From IMG/VR virus record IMGVR_UViG_3300036770_003016: a stretch of DNA of 64,000 bases. One strand, written 5' to 3'. Positions 32,019-41,078 of this stretch are shown in pieces; positions within the stretch are counted from its first letter, which is position 1; each line of letters starts with the position of its first letter. The position numbers and the translations under genes are program-made. The stretch comes from a virus. Below the pieces are notes generated by a model. It searched no databases and was not told the origin of the DNA. It was given only the letters and a program-made list of their open reading frames with translations.

Positions 32019-32636
32019 TTAGTGGTTTACAAGCACTTTTCCATCAATTAATTTCTTGAGTATTAATTTGTACCGAGTTTTATCAAATTGTATAAACGGT
32101 GTATATTTCATTGCCTTTCTTTTAAAGACAGGCCAACGAATCGTATCATTTATCTTCTTATCCCACATCGGCAAAAAATTCATTAGTGAGTTCATTATAC
32201 AGAAAGTCTCAATTTGTGTAACATTCTGTAAAGTCTTCACTAATAGTAATGGATACTCGCCATCTTCACTTTGCAAAATGTCATTCGGGTTGTCTACCAT
32301 ATCAAACAATTTATTGCAATCGTTCTCAAAGGTATAGGACAAACTCTGAATGACTTTTTGCCTTTCTCTGTAAACAGTTTCAGACTGACCTTCAAGTAAA
32401 TTACCTACCCAACAATTTTCATCATTGACAAAATTGGCAACAAGAAAATTTATGAGTTCATCTTTACTCTGCAATCGTCGAGAAAGCTTATAGAAAAAGA
32501 ATTTATCTTTTCTATTTTCAAAACTATCTACAGAAACTTTACTTTTACCACCATACTTTAAAAAGTCATAAGACTCTTGCGTGAAATGCAATTTCATCGA
32601 TTGATATAAACAAAAAGCTTCATATCCAGTTATCAT
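32019..32636 (-). CDS. gp59: Helicase loader gp59
   Basis: KLHFTQESYDFLKYGGK..RKDKFFF; adjacent to gp32. Confidence 0.85.
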   Translation of the reverse strand: MITGYEAFCLYQSMKLHFTQESYDFLKYGGKSKVSVDSFENRKDKFFFYKLSRRLQSKDELINFLVANFVNDENCWVGNLLEGQSETVYRERQKVIQSLSYTFENDCNKLFDMVDNPNDILQSEDGEYPLLLVKTLQNVTQIETFCIMNSLMNFLPMWDKKINDTIRWPVFKRKAMKYTPFIQFDKTRYKLILKKLIDGKVLVNH

Positions 32637-32857
32637 ATTGGCAATCTAGGTGTTTTCTCTTTAAGTAAGTTTTGTTCTTGTGCATCATTTTCAATCTTCT
32701 TTTTAAGATGACTATTTACTAACGATGCAGCAACTTCAATTTCTAAACCAGTCTCTTTACAATACTCGACTATTGCTTCAATGTAATTATAGTCGGTGTT
32801 TGACACCATACTATCAATTGCAAAGGCAAATTTTTTCTGTTCTTCTTTTGTAGGCAT
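32633..32857 (-). CDS. gp33: Late transcription coactivator gp33
   Basis: YIEAIVEYC...LKKKIENDAQEQNLLK...LPI. Confidence 0.85.
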   Translation of the reverse strand: MPTKEEQKKFAFAIDSMVSNTDYNYIEAIVEYCKETGLEIEVAASLVNSHLKKKIENDAQEQNLLKEKTPRLPI

Positions 32858-33408
32858 TATCGTTGACTAATCTTTATCTCTTCAAAACCAAATGGGCATT
32901 TTTCATCCCAGCACTTGTTTGTTTCCATAACACTTTTGGGAAGATTACAAAGAGGACAATTATTCAAACTGTCTATACCAGTAATCATTGTGTTACCTGG
33001 CAGACTAAAATCAAAAGGTTCAATTTTGATGTCTTGGAACGCTGTAATGATATCGTCTTGATGGGCGCCTGTCATATTAGACATGTTATCAAATTTAATA
33101 TCATTTAAACTAATCTGAATAGTGTCATCGAACATAGACGGAGGGTTCTTAATTAAATTATCTGCCATTGATTTAAAAACACTAGAGGAAGAAGGTTTAT
33201 ATTCTTCATCTTCCTCATCCTCTTCCTCATCATCTGCTTCATATTGTGGTTGTACAATATCAAGATAACCATCAATTTCAAATTCAGAGGTGCCTTGAAT
33301 AAACTGTTCTATTTTTGTTAAAACTTGATGAATAGAATAAGCTGTAAATTCAATCGTATTCACAGTATCGTTATCTTCATTCTCACATTTAAATGTAAAT
33401 TTTGCCAT
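32857..33408 (-). CDS. Hypothetical protein (acidic tract, C-terminal Cys cluster)
   Basis: ORF with RBS; CPLC...C...C at C-terminus. Confidence 0.5.
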   Translation of the reverse strand: MAKFTFKCENEDNDTVNTIEFTAYSIHQVLTKIEQFIQGTSEFEIDGYLDIVQPQYEADDEEEDEEDEEYKPSSSSVFKSMADNLIKNPPSMFDDTIQISLNDIKFDNMSNMTGAHQDDIITAFQDIKIEPFDFSLPGNTMITGIDSLNNCPLCNLPKSVMETNKCWDEKCPFGFEEIKISQR

Positions 33409-33424
33409 TTTATATTTCCTTTGA

Positions 33425-33661
33425 TTATTTTTTAGTTGATTCTACTACAATTTGTTTTGAACTTGCCGTATAAGTTATACAAAGAATATCTTGCGATACA
33501 GCATATGCACAACGAACTGAAAGTGGATCAACGCCTTTTGCAACTGCTTTTTCAATGTTTGCAGACATTAAAACATTTTGATTGATGTAATATGTTGTAA
33601 TTGACAATATGAAAACAACAATCATTGTTGTAATACAAATTAAAAATAAATTATCAGCCAT
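33425..33661 (-). CDS. Small membrane protein
   Basis: N-terminal TM helix; KGVDPLSVRCAY. Confidence 0.5.
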   Translation of the reverse strand: MADNLFLICITTMIVVFILSITTYYINQNVLMSANIEKAVAKGVDPLSVRCAYAVSQDILCITYTASSKQIVVESTKK

Positions 33662-34206
33662 CAGGTGTTCCTTTCGTTATAAAAAATGTGTCTACCAATT
33701 GTAACAACTCTTTCTAAATGTCGCCAATTAGGGTTCACATAGTCGGCATGGTAATACAAAGAACCTCTTGATGGGTCTTTCATCATTTCAAAATTAGCAT
33801 AAATGTAAACTGCTAAATCACGAATCTCATTATACTCTTTGTTGTTAGTAATTGTCAATATATTATTACGGTACAAGTAATTAGGTCTTGCCTCACAATA
33901 CCAAGAAAATTGACAAAGGCGTGAATTTCTTTGTTCTACGACTTCACAGATTGTATTTGGAAAGTCTTTAGAAAAAACACGATTTAATGTTACAAAGGCT
34001 ACAGCAACTTGCCCTTCTTTTGGTTCGCTTCTTGCCTCAAAGTAAATATTCTTGGCAAGACATTGAACTTCTTTTTGTGCAAACCGTGATAGATTATTGA
34101 AGTCTGTTGCAATTTCTATCTGTTGGTGTCTTAATGGTCTTAGAGTCTCAATAAAAAATATGGTTGCAAACATAAGTCCGAAAAGACTCAGAAGTAAACG
34201 ATACAT
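33661..34206 (-). CDS. Cell wall hydrolase, SleB/Hydrolase_2 family
   Basis: CLAKNIYFEARSE, FPNTICEVV, CQFSW, YYHADYVNPNW, IGRHIFY; N-terminal signal/TM. Confidence 0.9.
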   Translation of the reverse strand: MYRLLLSLFGLMFATIFFIETLRPLRHQQIEIATDFNNLSRFAQKEVQCLAKNIYFEARSEPKEGQVAVAFVTLNRVFSKDFPNTICEVVEQRNSRLCQFSWYCEARPNYLYRNNILTITNNKEYNEIRDLAVYIYANFEMMKDPSRGSLYYHADYVNPNWRHLERVVTIGRHIFYNERNT

Positions 34207-34222
34207 TTGAATTCTCCTTGTT

Positions 34223-34246
34223 AAAAGAGAGGCCTAAGCCTCTCTA
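34223..34246 (-). terminator. Probable intrinsic terminator
   Basis: Minus strand AGAGAGGC-TTAG-GCCTCTCT-TTT. Confidence 0.6.
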
Positions 34247-34251
34247 GTCCA

Positions 34252-34518
34252 TCAGGATTTTTTGGTTGATTTCTCTACTGAGATATTAGAGACGAAGGTA
34301 TTCAAAGATTGTGCTTTGAGTATCACTTCTTGTTCTGATGGGTATGGTGGAAGTTCTGGCTGATTAGGAACAGATGTTCCTGCCAGTCTGGCGTTTTCAG
34401 TTGAAACTTGCCAGTTATTGTGAGACACTTCTCGCTTTGCAAAATAGTCTTGTTCAAGCATATCTTTTGCAAGTTTTAACAATTCTAAGCGTATCTCAAA
34501 TGGTGTCATATTAGACAT
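34252..34518 (-). CDS. Conserved phage hypothetical protein
   Basis: TPFEIRLELLKLAKDML...AQSLNTFVS; strong AAGGAG RBS. Confidence 0.6.
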   Translation of the reverse strand: MSNMTPFEIRLELLKLAKDMLEQDYFAKREVSHNNWQVSTENARLAGTSVPNQPELPPYPSEQEVILKAQSLNTFVSNISVEKSTKKS

Positions 34519-34567
34519 AGTTTTCTCCTTGTGTGTTATGTGTGTACCAGATTAACTGGTTAGCTAT

Positions 34568-35272
34568 TTAGTCCCACAGATTTCTGTAGTACTTACCAAA
34601 CAGTCTTGTACCGTTATTGATTCGTTCATTGTACTTTTCGTAACCTTCACGATCAAACTCTGCGGTGTGATTTGGTCCCCTCTCAAAAGTATAAAGAGTT
34701 GGTTTACCATTCTCATCCCACTCGCAAGGTACAGACTTCATATCATGTACACCAGTATGGAATTGTGCATCATAGTCATCGTTACATAACTGTTCAAATG
34801 CCCAAATCATTTCATCAAGAACCCATTCCCATCGTGCATGAATATCACAATGACTTTCTTTTGGTTCGTCTTGCTTATAGAAATCAAAAGTTTCTTGTGC
34901 ATCATATTCTTCATGTGTGATGCAACGAAGATGTTCTGGTACATCCTCTAAGTCTACCATAGGAGAACCATGCTTAGTCTTTTTCAACTGCTTGAGCATT
35001 GGCAGGATGATTGGAGACAATGTTGTATCCATGTTCCAAGTGTCGTACTTGTCAATCTTGACATACTCAATTCTTGGATGAACAAAATCAAGAAACTTCT
35101 GAAACCCAACACAAACAGGATTCAGAAGATTGACAAACTTCTCGTACTTGTTTTTTGGATCGTCATCAAGATTATAGATGATGTCTTTGTCTTTTTCCCA
35201 AAAACAAATTTTGGTCAAAATTGTATATGGAGACAACCAATGATTACGATATTTGCTGATGTATACTTTCAC
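34568..35272 (-). CDS. Conserved T4-like hypothetical protein
   Basis: IDKYDTWNMDTTL, WEWVLDEMIWAFEQ, LFGKYYRNLWD. Confidence 0.65.
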   Translation of the reverse strand: MKVYISKYRNHWLSPYTILTKICFWEKDKDIIYNLDDDPKNKYEKFVNLLNPVCVGFQKFLDFVHPRIEYVKIDKYDTWNMDTTLSPIILPMLKQLKKTKHGSPMVDLEDVPEHLRCITHEEYDAQETFDFYKQDEPKESHCDIHARWEWVLDEMIWAFEQLCNDDYDAQFHTGVHDMKSVPCEWDENGKPTLYTFERGPNHTAEFDREGYEKYNERINNGTRLFGKYYRNLWD

Positions 35273-35285
35273 AATGTTTTCCCAT

Positions 35286-35628
35286 AAAAAAATAAGTGCC
35301 GACTGATTGGGTGATAAGGTACAGTCGGCGAAACCTCAGCTCAGCATGCCTTAGGCAGCTAAAGCGAAACGCTCATCGTTTGCGTTTATTTTATTTACTT
35401 TTTACGACTCTCTGTGTCGGATCGTCCATCTTTCTACTCTTTGCCCTGTCGAAACCAGGTCAGGCCCATTAGGAAGCATACTAAATCTGCACTTTTTCAG
35501 TCGGGGCTATCTGCTATTATGCAGCCTACCGGCAGTCCTTGACCGATCTTCATAGTATGCTTTCTGGTGGACCTGGAGGGAATCGAACCCTCGTCCAGAA
35601 CACCTTTCAATTAACTTCATACGATCAT
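35286..35628 (-). ncRNA. ssrA: Circularly permuted (two-piece) tmRNA
   Basis: Acceptor piece ending GGTTCGATTCCCTCCAGGTCCACCA (3' end 35565) precedes the coding piece starting GGGCCTGACCTGGTTTCGACAGGG (35467); G3:U70 pair; tag ANDERFALAA* at 35383-35351. Confidence 0.92.
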
Positions 35629-35634
35629 ATTACT

Positions 35635-35663
35635 ACTATAACAGAAACTATTTATTTTGTCAA
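35635..35663 (-). promoter_or_regulatory. Sigma70-type promoter for tmRNA
   Basis: TTGACA-N17-TATAGT immediately upstream of the acceptor piece. Confidence 0.75.
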
Positions 35664-35977
35664 GCAGGTTTACCGTTATTTGCCGGTTTAATTTCTTCGC
35701 CTGAACTGATAATACAGTATGTTTTGTCGCCAGGAAAATATTCTACAAGAGTCCAAGATTTAGTCTCAAAATTAATATAAAGAGTAGTGTGAATCTTCAT
35801 TGGTTGACTAGTAGTAACACTTTCTCTTATTGTTGCCATTTGAAATGCTGGTACTTCTTTGTATACTCTAAGCATTTCTCTCATCTGTTCTTCATCACCA
35901 CAATCGATTGGGATTTGATAGTTTTGAGAAAATGCAGCCAAAGGAAACATCATTAAAGCTGCGATTAGTGATTTCAT
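35660..35977 (-). CDS. Secreted/periplasmic hypothetical protein
   Basis: Signal peptide MKSLIAALMMFPLAAFS; two Cys. Confidence 0.55.
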   Translation of the reverse strand: MKSLIAALMMFPLAAFSQNYQIPIDCGDEEQMREMLRVYKEVPAFQMATIRESVTTSQPMKIHTTLYINFETKSWTLVEYFPGDKTYCIISSGEEIKPANNGKPA

Positions 35978-36639
35978 TTCCAGTACCTTTCTATGAACTG
36001 GTTGAGTGGTGCAAGATATTTAGTCTTTTCTTCAATAAAAATTTGAGGAAATTCACTTTGCACAGCAATCGCCACAACGATCTGGTTGATTGACTTGCCA
36101 GTGAGTTCACCAAACATTTCTCCATATGCGGTAGCCTGCATAAAGTAATTCTGTATATGTTCAGCATCTTTCTTCTTTGATGCTGTTTTCCAGTCAACAA
36201 TAGACAGTCTACCATCCCATTCTGCAATACAATCACACCGACCTGCAAGTCTTAATTTGTGACTGTAAAGTGCCTGTTCAATACCATAGATATCACCAAT
36301 ATGCGAATCGATAAATGGTTTAACAGACATGAACAATTCTTTGGTATCTGGCATCATAGTCTGCATTTTCATGTCAGACATTTCATTGAGTAGATAATTC
36401 TCTACTGTATTGTGTAACTTAGTACCACGACCTGCTGCCTGCCTTGATATCTTATTGGCTTCTTCTTCACCAACTCTTTGTCGCCATTCCATGATTGCTT
36501 GTTTATTGTACGATGACAAAACAGTAGTAATAGAAGGATAAAGTTTACCGTCAGGTGTTTTATACTTTCTTCCAGATTCGGTTGTTTCTGATACTAGATC
36601 AAAATCCAACTCTTTTAATTTGATATGATTAAATGTCAT
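35974..36639 (-). CDS. PD-(D/E)XK exonuclease (Cas4/exonuclease A-like)
   Basis: YPSITTVLS, RGTKLH, AGRCDCIA..IVDWKT, YFMQATAY. Confidence 0.85.
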   Translation of the reverse strand: MTFNHIKLKELDFDLVSETTESGRKYKTPDGKLYPSITTVLSSYNKQAIMEWRQRVGEEEANKISRQAAGRGTKLHNTVENYLLNEMSDMKMQTMMPDTKELFMSVKPFIDSHIGDIYGIEQALYSHKLRLAGRCDCIAEWDGRLSIVDWKTASKKKDAEHIQNYFMQATAYGEMFGELTGKSINQIVVAIAVQSEFPQIFIEEKTKYLAPLNQFIERYWK

Positions 36640-36947
36640 TAAGTGTTCTTCCATTTTCGGAAGTGTGTATCTACAATATTTCTTGTGCGAACATCTTTGA
36701 TTGATTTTTTACCGTATCGTTCACCAACAGGAGATTCGGGATGAGCCTCTGCAACTTTAGATAATACTTCTTTCCATGTATCGTCTGTCTTTGAATCGAA
36801 ACTACCACTCATACTTGTGATACCAAAACTTGTTGGCATCTGTTGTATGTGTGGATTCTTTTGAAGCAATTCTTCTTTTCTTGAATTGGTTAGAAAGTCT
36901 TCGAATTCTTCACTTGTCTCTGTATTTAAAAATTTAAATGTTGGCAT
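36639..36947 (-). CDS. FmdB-like small regulatory protein
   Basis: MPTFKFLNTETSEEFE...WKEVLSKVAEAHP motif of T4-like phages. Confidence 0.6.
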   Translation of the reverse strand: MPTFKFLNTETSEEFEDFLTNSRKEELLQKNPHIQQMPTSFGITSMSGSFDSKTDDTWKEVLSKVAEAHPESPVGERYGKKSIKDVRTRNIVDTHFRKWKNT

Positions 36948-37488
36948 CTAAATGATTTCCCATCTCAGTAAATATTCCCACAAAGAAATCGAAAGCTTTA
37001 TTTGCTTCATCTGCAAGACCCATACTCAATCTCTCACTAAACTCTTTAATTAATTTTGGTCGATCTTCAAATTGATATGAATACCCAGAACCAGGTATCA
37101 CTCTTGCCATTAATTTTCCACCATATAGATCGCCCATGTGCCTAACATAAATGTGTGCAAACAACAAATGTTTTCTAGTTGGATCAGCTACAAGGTCTTT
37201 CAGATATTGAATATAGTTTGATGTAGACTCAAAAATATCACGCTCATAACCAGGATCTAATTCATCTAAGTCTTGTTTAATTTTTGCTTGGCGTTTTACA
37301 TCTGTCAAACCAAAAAGAAGACCTTCCTTTTCAGCAAGGTCTTCTAGAACACCATAAATGTGATACAACTCATACAGATAAAAAACATATTCTGGCTTTG
37401 TTACTTTGCCAGTCATTATTTTCTGTATGAGTGGAAGATTTTCTACTTCTCTGTGTTTATCATATGTTGCTTTAGCTAATATAGTCAT
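36934..37488 (-). CDS. Heme oxygenase
   Basis: T..KHREVE proximal His; AHIYVRHMGDLYGG distal helix; EANKAF. Confidence 0.85.
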   Translation of the reverse strand: MTILAKATYDKHREVENLPLIQKIMTGKVTKPEYVFYLYELYHIYGVLEDLAEKEGLLFGLTDVKRQAKIKQDLDELDPGYERDIFESTSNYIQYLKDLVADPTRKHLLFAHIYVRHMGDLYGGKLMARVIPGSGYSYQFEDRPKLIKEFSERLSMGLADEANKAFDFFVGIFTEMGNHLDANI

Positions 37489-38027
37489 GTTGTTATGTAC
37501 CAGTTTGGAGTTTCACGATTTTTCCATCGAGCAAAATGATTTTTTCGTTCGATGTAATATTTATGATACGATGCTAACGAATCATTTGGTACTTTACATT
37601 CATCAGGCATTGCAGGTGTTGGCGGAGTAAATGGCCCATCGGAAATATTTTCTGGCCACATATACAACAATTCCATATAGTTCGCACAAGCATGGCGTTT
37701 GCCGTAACGATGTGTATATTCAAGCAACAGATAATTCCACATGCGATTAAGCCATATGTAATTCTGTTTTGTTTTACGAGTCCATACGGCAGATGGGTGA
37801 TTGATATGTGATGCCTTCATCAAACCAGATTCATACTTCGAATCTTCCATGCGCCAGCGTTTGATCTTGCGACCATTTGCAGTAACATCAATATACTCTT
37901 TGCCGTCAAGAATACGATGTGCAGTAGACATGAGCTGTGAATATTCAATGATCATCTTCAAAACATGCCGGTCGCAATGCATCTCAGCACATTTTTGGGG
38001 GTCTGGATTCAAATAAAAAATGTTCAC
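37485..38027 (-). CDS. Pyrimidine-dimer DNA glycosylase-like protein
   Basis: MNIFYL..DP..CA..HCD.HV.KMI.E..Q, HINHPS..W, EYTHRYGK.H. Confidence 0.7.
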   Translation of the reverse strand: MNIFYLNPDPQKCAEMHCDRHVLKMIIEYSQLMSTAHRILDGKEYIDVTANGRKIKRWRMEDSKYESGLMKASHINHPSAVWTRKTKQNYIWLNRMWNYLLLEYTHRYGKRHACANYMELLYMWPENISDGPFTPPTPAMPDECKVPNDSLASYHKYYIERKNHFARWKNRETPNWYITT

Positions 38028-38302
38028 TTGCCATCGTCCTTTGCTCGTTCGACTGCCTCATATACTTTGCGATATTTGTGGTAATTCTTACAGAGTTCTT
38101 CAAACTCATTAAAACACTTTTCAAACTTTAATTGATACAATGATTGCATACCAATCAGAATGTTTCCTAATTCATCTTCTGTAAGTGGTTGTGGACGATC
38201 ATACACTTGCTCAGTAAGCAGTTTAAGATCATCAACAACACCCCAACATTGCATGATTGATTGTTCAACATCAAAAATATTACCAACACTATTCATTACC
38301 AA
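38024..38302 (-). CDS. Hypothetical protein
   Basis: FDVEQSIMQCWGVVDDL motif seen in phages. Confidence 0.55.
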   Translation of the reverse strand: MVMNSVGNIFDVEQSIMQCWGVVDDLKLLTEQVYDRPQPLTEDELGNILIGMQSLYQLKFEKCFNEFEELCKNYHKYRKVYEAVERAKDDGK

Positions 38303-38496
38303 CTCCCATCATCTATCCAAAAACGGATTGTTAAAAATAACCATGAAACTGCCTTTGTCTTTTCATTAGGCCATTCGTTTGATGCAAAATATTTAGGTAT
38401 GATATTCCAATGAAAAGGATTTATAGTGATGCTAACAGAAGCACCACTATAACGCAAGTAATTAAAGGCAGTTTTAAATTTACTTTCAGGCAGCAT
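38296..38496 (-). CDS. Hypothetical protein
   Basis: Overlapping stop/start in the early operon. Confidence 0.45.
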   Translation of the reverse strand: MLPESKFKTAFNYLRYSGASVSITINPFHWNIIPKYFASNEWPNEKTKAVSWLFLTIRFWIDDGSW

Positions 38497-38773
38497 TTTT
38501 TACACCAAAAATATTAGACCATCTACGAATTTTTTCAGACTTCGCATCAATGGCAAAGTCTACAGCAAGTTTGTCGATGATTCGATTATCCATCATCAGA
38601 TTAATCATACAAAGAAGATCACCAACTTCTTCTTCAAGCCTTTGTTGATTAGTCATTTCTTCATTTGGGTGTTTTTCGTTAAACCCAAAACGAAAACATT
38701 TGCTAATTGCCTGTACAACTTCTGCACATTCTTCTTGTGCAATTAACATTATTTCTTTTTGTGTACTATTCAT
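38486..38773 (-). CDS. MazG-like nucleotide pyrophosphohydrolase
   Basis: EECAEVVQAISK...LEEEVGDL. Confidence 0.75.
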   Translation of the reverse strand: MNSTQKEIMLIAQEECAEVVQAISKCFRFGFNEKHPNEEMTNQQRLEEEVGDLLCMINLMMDNRIIDKLAVDFAIDAKSEKIRRWSNIFGVKNAA

Positions 38774-39054
38774 TATTGATTCATAGCAGTACGATTCAGA
38801 ACGACTGCTTCCTTATAGAATTTTTGTGAAGTATATTGAACACAAGTTACGTCATCCATATTTTTACCTAACTGTTCAATTTTGGTGCAAACAAATTGAC
38901 TCTTACTTAGAGTAAAAGCATTTTGATAAGTTCCATAACTCAGATAAGCAAGTGCAACAGCCACAACAAAACTAACAGTACCAAAGAGTGCAAAGAAAGT
39001 AGAAAAATTACTGTTTTCTTTTACATCAATCACTTCTCGTTTATCGCTAATCAT
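38773..39054 (-). CDS. Membrane protein
   Basis: Single TM helix; start reassigned to ATG 39054 with AAGGA RBS. Confidence 0.5.
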   Translation of the reverse strand: MISDKREVIDVKENSNFSTFFALFGTVSFVVAVALAYLSYGTYQNAFTLSKSQFVCTKIEQLGKNMDDVTCVQYTSQKFYKEAVVLNRTAMNQ

Positions 39055-39180
39055 AATAAATTCCTTTGTATATAAGATGCAACGGGGCACAACCGAGCGC
39101 CTCTCGGCGAGTCTGCTGTCATTTAAGAGTAAGGCGCATACACTGGTATGCCGCTCACTCCCCCTTCCAAATCAATTCAA

Positions 39181-39699
39181 TTAAAACGGAGCAACATTGT
39201 CACGGATGTCATTGACGATATCATCAATTTCAGAATCAAATTCATCTACAATTTCTTCGACAGAAATTTCTTCGACAAGTTTATTCTTCAAAGGTTTAGC
39301 ATCAAGATCGTCAAGAGTTTCTACAACTTGAGTCTTGGCAACTTTCTTCTTAGGAGTCTTAGGCGTTTTCGGAGCCTTCGGAGCCTTAGGAGTTTTTGTT
39401 GCCTTGGGTGCCTTGGCAGTTTTCTTGGCACCGAAAGTTTTTTCCCTATTGTCTAGGTACTCTTGCATCTCAGCAATATTCTTCAGAACATAGCCTTCGA
39501 CTTTGCGACCATCTTTGGTCAGACTCACTACACCGCCAGTCTTCTTGATACGCCAGATGAAAGTGGAAAGACGATACAGAGGTACATCTTTCATTTCAGG
39601 CATAGCCTCAAGAGATTCACGACTTACAGATTTGCCTGTAAGCATTACTTTGAGAATTTTTTCCCACTGAAGAAGACTAGATTTTTTCGCAACACGCAT
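39181..39699 (-). CDS. Early protein with histone-like K-A/T-P repeats
   Basis: KTAKAPKATKTPKAPKAPKTPKTPKK linker, acidic C-terminus; own promoter. Confidence 0.55.
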   Translation of the reverse strand: MRVAKKSSLLQWEKILKVMLTGKSVSRESLEAMPEMKDVPLYRLSTFIWRIKKTGGVVSLTKDGRKVEGYVLKNIAEMQEYLDNREKTFGAKKTAKAPKATKTPKAPKAPKTPKTPKKKVAKTQVVETLDDLDAKPLKNKLVEEISVEEIVDEFDSEIDDIVNDIRDNVAPF

Positions 39700-39732
39700 G
39701 ATATAAATTTCCTTATTTGATTGAACAGACTA

Positions 39733-39762
39733 CATTGTAACAGAGGTAGGCACAAAAGTCAA
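39733..39762 (-). promoter_or_regulatory. Sigma70-type early promoter
   Basis: TTGACT-N17-TACAAT. Confidence 0.6.
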
Positions 39763-39777
39763 GCGTTGCCTGAGCAT

Positions 39778-40164
39778 TTATGCCGCTTCTTTCACGGTAC
39801 AGTGGTCATAGAATTCTTGCCAAGAACCAGAAAAAAGTTCACTTTGATCGCCGTCAAGAATTTTGACTTTATCACGGTAAACATGATATTCATAATCTTG
39901 GCAAACATCTTGTCCAAGTTCGACAGGTTCAAGATAAAACCCACCGACACCGACTTTGAAAAATGCGATCATCTGTGCTGCAAGACAACCCATACCATTT
40001 GCAAGTTTAGGTTTCTTCTCATCATAACCATTTACGACTTCAAAACCATCAAGAAACCCAGCAAGTTCTGCACCGTGCGCTGACGGATAACCATCAAACT
40101 GACGATACATGCAAACTACAGGAGTTTCATTATCAAAAACATATGTAAGCGAACGAGTACCCAT
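39778..40164 (-). CDS. Conserved phage hypothetical protein
   Basis: MGTRS...YRQFDGYP..HG..L, NGMGCLAAQ. Confidence 0.65.
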   Translation of the reverse strand: MGTRSLTYVFDNETPVVCMYRQFDGYPSAHGAELAGFLDGFEVVNGYDEKKPKLANGMGCLAAQMIAFFKVGVGGFYLEPVELGQDVCQDYEYHVYRDKVKILDGDQSELFSGSWQEFYDHCTVKEAA

Positions 40165-40304
40165 TATACAATCTCCAATTGGTCAGCCGCACAAACAGCA
40201 TCGGCATAATTATCAGTTTCTAAATCAATCACCGTACCATCAGAAAAGATTGCACGATAAAAACCATATTCATCTTTTTCAACACTAAGCAGAAAATTAT
40301 CCAT
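40164..40304 (-). CDS. Small hypothetical protein (46 aa)
   Basis: Manual ORF MDNFLLSVEKDEYGFYRAIF... filling the gap; stop overlaps next start. Confidence 0.4.
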   Translation of the reverse strand: MDNFLLSVEKDEYGFYRAIFSDGTVIDLETDNYADAVCAADQLEIV

Positions 40305-40308
40305 TATA

Positions 40309-41046
40309 TTAAGCAACTTTCATCATAAAAGTGGGAAACTTAACAAAACCAGAGGTATCTTTTTTCGCTTTACCTTTGGCATACAGACCAACTACAACAC
40401 CTTTCGGATCAAGAAAACGCAGGTCAGATTCATCACCATTGAAAACTGGCATGCCTTCGTAAGTCTCAGGCATCGGTTGCGATTTCTTAATACCGAACAC
40501 TGTTGCGACATTGTATTTTTGTTTTATAGCCGAAAGGACGTCAGCATCATTACCATCGGCTGCACTGAATGTAAGGTGGTAATTAGGAATGTCCCGTACT
40601 TTACGGCCAAGAATTTTAGTGTAGTCATAGAATTGTACATTTGGAAATACCTCAAAAATGTTTTTGTTATCGATAACATCATATTTTTCCCATGCAAGGT
40701 CACTCGTACCATTCAAACGAAAAACTGGGATTAGATTTTTCTTGGCAGACTGCTTGATTGCCAATTGAATGTCTTTTACTAGAAGCGTCATAAACTCAGC
40801 ACGATTCTCGAAAAATAATTTTGTTTTGCGAATACGAGCCTGTTGAATTACATTTGTCGTTTCGCCTTTTTTGAACATTCCGCCACGGCCTGCGGTATTC
40901 AGACATGCCTTTTTGCAACCTACAGTCGCCTTAGCGCAAGTATTGTACCCAGAAACATCAGCAGGTGCAAGGTGCAAAATGTAAGTCATATAACCTTGCT
41001 TCATGCCTTTGAGAATTTTGGGGTTTCCAATAGAAAGCAGTTTCAT
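40309..41046 (-). CDS. Gp88-like Cys-cluster protein
   Basis: C...GC..ACLNTAGRG, FRLNGTSDL.W, FYDYTK, GDESDLRFLD. Confidence 0.7.
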   Translation of the reverse strand: MKLLSIGNPKILKGMKQGYMTYILHLAPADVSGYNTCAKATVGCKKACLNTAGRGGMFKKGETTNVIQQARIRKTKLFFENRAEFMTLLVKDIQLAIKQSAKKNLIPVFRLNGTSDLAWEKYDVIDNKNIFEVFPNVQFYDYTKILGRKVRDIPNYHLTFSAADGNDADVLSAIKQKYNVATVFGIKKSQPMPETYEGMPVFNGDESDLRFLDPKGVVVGLYAKGKAKKDTSGFVKFPTFMMKVA

Positions 41047-41078
41047 TACAGAATGTCCTTATCAATCATCATGTAAAC

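Noticed and set aside
35974-36639. Cas4 as part of a CRISPR system
   Set aside because: Solo PD-(D/E)XK exonuclease common in T4-like phages; no Fe-S Cys cluster and no cas neighbours.
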